Part shown: positions 36,060 through 42,436 of the stretch, piece after piece
Numbering within the stretch: the first letter of the stretch is position 1
How the letters are laid out: every line of letters starts with the position of its first letter
NCBI RefSeq assembly: GCF_006345805.1
Contig: NW_021835191.1
Location: 1 to 42,436, forward strand
DNA: 42,436 nucleotides
Origin: Octopus sinensis
Taxonomy: Eukaryota
Direction of reading: 5' to 3'
Program-made: the position numbers and the translations under genes
Notes under the pieces: model-generated
The model's database searches: none
What the model was told of the DNA's origin: nothing
The model's input: only the letters and a program-made list of their open reading frames with translations

Positions 36060-37191
36060 TATATGTGTGTGTGTGTTTTGTAAACCACCTGTCTTCGTCT
36101 TTTGTTTTTTTCGTAAACTCTCCCTATATATATGTGTGTATGTGTGTAAGTATGTATGTATTTATATATATATGTATGTGTATCTATATACTTGTTACTC
36201 TGTGCGCCTGTGTGTGCGTTGTGTATGTATGTTGTGTGTGTGTGTGTGTGTGTGTGTGTAAGTGCGTGACTGTAGACGCGCGTATGAGCGCGCGCTGGCG
36301 TGTGAGTGACTCGAGTAATCGACATATTATTCGTGTATAAATGCATCTAAACCGATCAGTGTGTACGTGTGTTCGAACCTGATACTAAGGCATTGCATGC
36401 TGTGAATGTCGCTATGACTCGGCGTACGCGCATGCGAACACCAGTGTTTGTGCGTCTGCTGGAGTACCTGTAGACGAGTTTGTGCGCGCGCACGTTGGGT
36501 ATTCGTATTATTGCTTTCATTATTCAGATGTTCAAGTAGTGAACGTCTGTACATACGCGGGAGAGAATGTATGTGCGCGCGCACTCGTACAGTTGAGTGT
36601 GAGCATGTCTGTCTGTCTGTATGTATATATATGTGTGTGTTGTTTTGTAAACCACCTTCTTCGTTTTGTTTTTTTTTCGTAAACTCTCCCTATATATATG
36701 TGTGTATGTGTGTAGTATGTATGTATTTATATATTATGTATGTGTATCTATATACTTGTTACTCTGTGCGCCTGTGTGTGCGTTGTGTATGTATGTTTGT
36801 GTGTGTGTGTGTGTGTGTAAGTGCGTGACTGTAGACGCGCGTATGAGCGCGCGCTGGCGTGTGAGTGACTCGAGTAATCGACATATTATTCGTGTATAAA
36901 TGCATCTAAACCGATCAGTGTGTACGTGTGTTCGAACCTGATACTAAGGCATTGCATGCTGTGAATGTCGCTATGACTCGGCGTACGCGCATGCGAACAC
37001 CAGTGTTTGTGCGTCTGCTGGAGTACCTGTAGACGAGTTTGTGCGCGCGCACGTTGGTGTATTCGTATTATTGCTTTCATTATTCAGATGTTCAAGTATG
37101 TGAACGTCTGTACATACGCGGGAGAGAATGTATGTGCGCGCGCACTCGTACAGTTGAGTGTGAGCATGTCTGTCTGTCTGTATGTATATAT
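36060..37191. repeat. Near-identical tandem duplication of a ~565-bp CpG-rich unit
   Basis: ttttgtaaaccacc at 36076 and 36643; gcactcgtac at 36581 and 37142; copies differ mostly by small indels. Confidence 0.9.
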
Positions 37192-37199
37192 GTATGTAG

Positions 37200-37760
37200 G
37201 TAGGTATGTATTTATGTATGTATATAAATGTGTGTGTGCTTGTTTGCGTGTGAGTGTATTTGTATTTGTATCTATATATCGCTGTATGTTTGTTTGTGTG
37301 TATGAATGTTTGTGTGCTTGTGTGTATGTATGTATGTATGTATGTATGTATGTATGTAGGTATGTATGTATGTATGTAGGTATGTATGTATTTATGTATG
37401 TATATAAATGTGTGTGTGCGTATGCGTGTGTATTTGTATTTGTATGTATGTATGTATGTATGTAGGTATGTATGTATGTATGTAGGTATGTATGTATTTA
37501 TGTATGTATATAAATGTGTGTGTGCGTATGCGTGTGTATTTGTATTTGTGGTATGTATGTATGTATGTAGGTATGTATGTATTTATGTATGTATATAAAT
37601 GTGTGTGTGCGTATGCGTGTGTATTTGTATTTGTATGTATGTATGTATGTATGTAGGTATGTATGTATTTATGTATGTATATAAATGTGTGTGTGCGTAT
37701 GCGTGTGTATTTGTATTTGTATGTATGTATGTAATGTATGTATGTATGTATGTATGTATG
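37200..37760. repeat. Higher-order minisatellite built from (TATG)n/(TG)n blocks, about 5 units
   Basis: tatataaatgtgtgtgtg recurs at ~37221, 37401, 37507, 37592 and 37678. Confidence 0.85.
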
Positions 37761-37969
37761 TAAGTATATGTGTGTGTGCTTGTGTGTGTGTGTATTTGCA
37801 TTTTATCTATATATCGCTGTATGTTTCTTTGTGTGTATGAATGTGTGTGCGTTTAGCGAAATATCACCAACGTGTGTGGGTGTGTGGATATATGTGTGTG
37901 AGTATGCGTTAGTGTATATGTGTGATTCTACTCATACTTACTCCATTTGAAGAAAACTATCTATGGCAT

Positions 37970-38120
37970 GTTTGTGTAGTAAGAAGTTATCTTCTGAATC
38001 ACATGGTTCTGTGTTCAGTCCCACTGCGGGGCACCTTGGGTATGTGTCTTCTACAAAAGCATCAAACCGACAAAAACCTTCTGGGTGGATTTGGTAGACG
38101 GAAACTGAAAGAAACCCGGG
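37970..38120 (+). mobile_element. SINE S1, 5' half
   Basis: cacatggttctgtgttcagtcccactgcggggcaccttggg...ggatttggtagacggaaactgaaagaa. Confidence 0.8.
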
Positions 38121-38708
38121 TTTTTAGACAACCTTATCGAAACAGAAAAGATCCGATGTATAAGTAGGTGCGTGTATGTGGGTGTGAGACTGAGAGTGTG
38201 TGTTCCTTTGTGTGAGTGTGTGTGTGTGTGTTTATCTCCAATATTAATATAATGTTAATATAATGTTAAAATTATATATAATATATATATATATATATAT
38301 ATGTATATAATTTATGTGCATATATATATATATTCAAAGGTATAAACACTAACATTCCAATGTGCTACACATAACAGTAAGTGTAGATAACTATGGCTGT
38401 ATTGTTATCATCGTGATTATTTCGGAATCCAATTTATCACCTTCACTGACAGACCATCCAATTGCTATCTCCTTCTATAAAACAGTATGGTGTGATTTGA
38501 AAAGAATTGGCTGCTGTTTCTTGCAGCTCGGTCGACCTTATACAGGTTTCATTTATGGTTCAACTCTATGTTGACGGTAACTACGTATATAGTTTTATAT
38601 GAATAAACGTATGTTTGTTTACATAATGTGCATAAGATATAATATAATACAATATAATATATATATATATATACAGATAGATAAGTAAATATACATAGAC
38701 GGATGGCG

Positions 38709-38751
<43 letters not shown>

Positions 38752-39017
38752 TAGCCACAACACACACACACACACCACACACACATTCATACTTACATAC
38801 ATACATGCATGCATACGTACATACATGTGTGCCTGTGTGATTGAATGTGTGCATTAAGTTCCTAACTTTGTATGTATATATGTCTATATATATGTAAATG
38901 TGAATAGATACATAGAGAGAGACAGGTAGACAGACAGGTAGACATGCAGGCAGACAGACAAACATGCAGGTAGATAAGCAAGCAGGCAGGCAGACAGGCA
39001 GGAAGACAGACAGATAA

Positions 39018-39061
<44 letters not shown>

Positions 39062-39098
39062 GGATGCATGTGTGTATATAAGTATATATAAACGTATA

Positions 39099-39500
39099 GG
39101 CGCAGGAGTGGCTGTGTGGTAAGTAGCTTGCATACCAACCACATGGTTCCGGGTTCAGTCCCACTGCGTGGCATCTTGGGCAAGTGTCTTTTGCTATAGC
39201 CCCGGGCCGACCAATGCCTTCTGAGTGGATTTGGTAGACAGAAACTGAAAGAAGCCTGTCGTTTATATGTATATATATATATGTGTGTGTCTGTGTGTTT
39301 GTGTGTCTGTGTTTGTCCCTCTAGCATTGCTTGACAACCGATGCTGGTGTGTTTACGTCCCTGTAACTTAGCGGTTCGGCAAAAGAGACCGATAGAATAA
39401 GTGCTGGGCTTACAAAGAATAAGTCCCGGGGTCGATTTGCTCGACTAAACGCGGTGCTCTAGCATGGCCGCAGTCAAATGATTGAAAAATGTAAAAAAAA
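39099..39500 (+). mobile_element. Full-length SINE S1
   Basis: ggcgcaggagtggctgtgtggtaag head through gcatggccgcagtcaaatgattgaaa tail. Confidence 0.92.
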
Positions 39501-39687
39501 TATATATATATCTATATATTTGTATGTTTGTATAAATATACATAAATATGCTTGTGAATATACATGTTTTTACAGATATATGTGTGTATGTGTGTGTTTG
39601 TGTGTGTTGTGTATGTTATGTATTCATATTTTGTATGGATCTAGGTATACATGTATATACAGATTTGACCTATGTATGTATATATAT

Positions 39688-40010
39688 GTGAAGGCGCATG
39701 GCTCAGTGGTTAAAGCAACAGGCTCGCAATCATTCAGTAGTGAGTTCGACTCCTGGACCGGGCTGGGTGTTGACACTGTATGTCATGTTGCTCCAGTTCA
39801 CTCTGCTATAGAAATGAGTTGCCACGTCACTGGTGCCAAGCTGTATTGGCCTTTGCCTTTCCTTTGGATAGCAACGGCGGAATGGAGAGGGGTGGCTAGT
39901 ATGTATGGGCGACTGCTGGTCTTACATAAACAACCTTGCCCGGACTTGTGCCTCGAAAGGTTACTTTTTAGGTGCAATTTCATGGCCATTCGTGGCCGAA
40001 AACAGTCTTT
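39688..40010 (+). mobile_element. tRNA-derived SINE (S4-related head and core)
   Basis: A box TGGCTCAGTGG, B box GAGTTCGACTCC, core catgttgctccagttcactctgct. Confidence 0.7.
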
Positions 40011-40159
40011 ACTCTTTATACATATATATAGGTATGTTTCTAAGTATGTATATATATAAGCATTTAAAATATCATAATAGACATTCTTGCGTATTCATAA
40101 ATAACAGTAGACAGTTCTATATCCATAGAAATATGTATATGCCAGTATATACACAGGTG

Positions 40160-40513
40160 TGTGTCAGTCCTACTGCGTGACACCTTGACCAAATAACTTC
40201 TACTATAGCCTCGGGCCGAACAAAGCCGTGTGAATGGATTTGGTAGTCGGAAACTGAAAGAAACCCGTCATGTATATATATATATATGTACATATGTATG
40301 TATATGTTTGTGTGCCTGTGTTTGTCCCGCCAGCATCCCTTGACAACTGATGCTGGTGTGTTTACGTCCCCGTAAACTAGCAGTTCTGCAAAGAAACCGA
40401 TTGAATAAGTACCAGGCTTACAGAGAATAAGTCCTGGGGTCGATTTGCTCGACTAAAGGTGTTGCTCCAGCATGGCCGCAGTCAAATGACTGAAACAAAT
40501 AAAATAATAAAAG
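40160..40513 (+). mobile_element. SINE S1, 5'-truncated
   Basis: Body and tail match 39099-39500. Confidence 0.88.
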
Positions 40514-41020
40514 AATATACATACACAATCAAACACACGAACTCAAGACGCACAAGCAAGAAATCATTGAGTGGAGATTTCTGTGACCGTACTTTCATAT
40601 ATGTTTGCTGGACGATTGTGATTATTAGATACAAGTATGTTGGGCCAGACTTAATTGTCCATGTGTTAGGGCGGTATAACACACGGCCTGCTTCCCAACA
40701 GCTATGTTTTTATTTCAAAACGTCTCCAAGCAGCAACTGAACCAAGAACAATGGGCTTTATGGGTCCCGTAAATGAAGTACCCCCAGCAGTAATATTTTT
40801 GATGAGCCTGCACATATAATTTATCATAATTCATATTCTATGCTCGTGTGTCTTATTTTTTCTATTTCCCTCTTAAGATCCTTTTTGATCGAAAACCTAC
40901 CCAACTTTTTTTTTCTCTCTCACTCCCCAAAAGAAAGCTCTACTTTATAATCTGTCCCGTCTGTGTGCAGCCCTGTGTGGCTAATAAAGAAACATATATG
41001 CATGTGTGTCAGTGGGTATA

Positions 41021-41067
<47 letters not shown>

Positions 41068-41110
41068 TAAATGAATGATATGGAGTCGAAAGAAGATATT
41101 AACAAAATTC

Positions 41111-41201
41111 CTTTAATCTCGACATATGTTTCGAAGACAGCATGTTTTCATTCCAAAGGAATAAAGGGTGCATTATGCAATCTTCTCATCAGGAAAGAAA
41201 G
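41111..41201 (-). ncRNA. Type I hammerhead ribozyme (family F, left arm)
   Basis: Minus strand CTGATGA-GAAGA...TCTTC-GAAAC-ATAT-GTC-GAGA; stem I less perfect than in the right arm. Confidence 0.8.
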
Positions 41202-41653
41202 GGAGCCTCTCTCGACAACAAGACAAACAAAAATTTCGATGGTTGCCCACATGGTAAACAAAGCGATAATGAGTGCTTTTAAAAAAAAGCCGTTAGTAGA
41301 ATTGACGTCAAAGTTAGATAGTAGGAAGAGAAGGGATAAAGGAATAATAGGTAGGGAACAAGTGGAGAGGGAAGGGTACGTTGATTGAAGGAATGTTCGA
41401 AGGCTTAGGAAAGAATTTCGATGATTGCCTTCATGGTAATTTCCTAAGCCTTCGAACATTCCTTCAATCAACGTACCCTTCCCTCTCCACTTGTTCCCTA
41501 CCTATTATTCCTTTATCTCTTCTCTTCCTACTATCTAACTTTGACGTCAATTCTTCTAACGGTTTTTTTTTTAAAAAAGGACTCATTATCGCTTTGTTTA
41601 CCATGTAGGCAACCATCGAAATTTTTGTTGTCTTGTTGTCGAGAGAGGCTCCC

Positions 41654-41743
41654 CTTTCTTTCCTGATGAGAAGATTGCATAATGCACCCTTTATTCCTTT
41701 GAATGAAAACATGCTGTCTTCGAAACATATGTCGAGAGTAAAG
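41654..41743 (+). ncRNA. Canonical type I hammerhead ribozyme (family F, right arm)
   Basis: Stem I CTTTCTTTC 41654-41662 / GAGAG(T)AAAG 41734-41743; CTGATGA 41663-41669; stem II GAAGA/TCTTC; GAAA 41722-41725; palindromic CATATG stem III; GUC cleavage after 41733. Confidence 0.9.
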
Positions 41744-41954
41744 AATTTGTTAACATCTTCGTTCGACTCCATTCTTTCATTTATTCATATACAACACACA
41801 AATTTCTGCACATGAACCCAGAGTTTCTACCCCTGGACAGGTCGCTTCAACCGTGTTTTCTGACGCGAATTTGCTACCCAAAGTTTCGATTAACGAATTT
41901 TCCATGCTGACGATAAACATAGGATAGTTCATTCACCTACTTAAATATATATAT

Positions 41955-42028
<74 letters not shown>

Positions 42029-42036
42029 TTGGTATA

Positions 42037-42257
42037 TACGAGGAGATGCTGAAAAGTTACTGGCTTTAAGGATGTCGCAAAAGGCCTCACTGGAAGCCAA
42101 ATCTTCCAAGTTCTTTTACACGGTTGTGAAAAGCTGAAGGATAGTTGCAGTAACTGTGTGAATCTGAGAGCGTTGTATGTTCAATAAAATGATAATTAAA
42201 TTATCCTCCTCTACTTTCTTTTACCTAAAGCCAGGAACTCCTCAGCAACCCCACGTA
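42037..42257 (+). mobile_element. mariner-derived MITE / deletion derivative
   Basis: TA at both ends; ~30-bp TIRs cgaggagatgctgaaaagttactggcttta / taaagccaggaactcctcagcaaccccacg; internal CVNLRALYVQ* resembles a mariner transposase C-terminus. Confidence 0.85.
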
Positions 42258-42339
42258 TTTGTCTCAAATGTTGGCACATGGCCAGTCGATTAAGTCTATC
42301 ATAATGCTCAAATGATACATATTTATTCAACATAGAAAG

Positions 42340-42436
42340 GAGAAGCTCAAAGTCGACTTCGGTGGAATTTGAAACCAGAACTTTAAGACGGACGAAATGT
42401 CGCTCAGCATTTTTGCCCGGCGTGCAAACAACTCTG
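42340..42436 (-). mobile_element. SINE S2, partial (runs off the window)
   Basis: aagtcgacttcggtggaatttgaaaccagaa...gacgaaatgtcgctcagcatttttgcccggcgtgc. Confidence 0.8.

Larger units (their letters stand above)
41060..41791. mobile_element. Palindromic hammerhead element, family F (~350-bp arms, 27-nt spacer)
   Basis: 41060-41412 is the reverse complement of 41440-41791 with scattered differences; (TA)n immediately to the left and again at ~41945. Confidence 0.85.

Noticed and set aside
41071-41772. Mirror ORF pairs (41071-41388 +, 41464-41772 -, 41148-41471 -, 41381-41608 +)
   Set aside because: Products of the palindrome; lengths and frames differ between arms, and I see no recognisable GIY-YIG or RT motif.
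41870-41900. Minus-strand GAAAC-tttgg-GTA resembling an HHR 3' half
   Set aside because: No CUGANGA or stem I partner at a suitable position.

Overview
AT-rich, microsatellite-dense metazoan non-coding DNA. The SINE, LINE and microsatellite complement looks like an Octopus (coleoid cephalopod) genome; this is inferred from repeat content only. I can support no host protein-coding exon, rRNA or true tRNA gene, and nearly all ORF-track entries are translations of microsatellites. The window is a mosaic of four tRNA-derived SINE families, CR1/L2-type and R4/Dong-type LINE fragments, a hAT MITE, a mariner MITE and simple repeats. The main unexplained signal is a set of at least five mutually dissimilar, (TA)n-associated non-coding elements carrying type I hammerhead ribozyme (HHR) motifs with short palindromic stem III (CUGANGA...GAAAC-NNNN-GUH). 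Most are arranged as head-to-head palindromes, so each strand carries one ribozyme pointing away from the centre (414-652, 5246-5993, 41060-41791; asymmetric at 1750-2325). One HHR cassette splits a LINE ORF at an inferred short TATATA site (11361-11856). These are best read as Penelope-like pLTR or retrozyme-type mobile elements that target, and possibly generate, (TA)n microsatellites. All folds were paired by eye; boundaries of decayed repeats are approximate.
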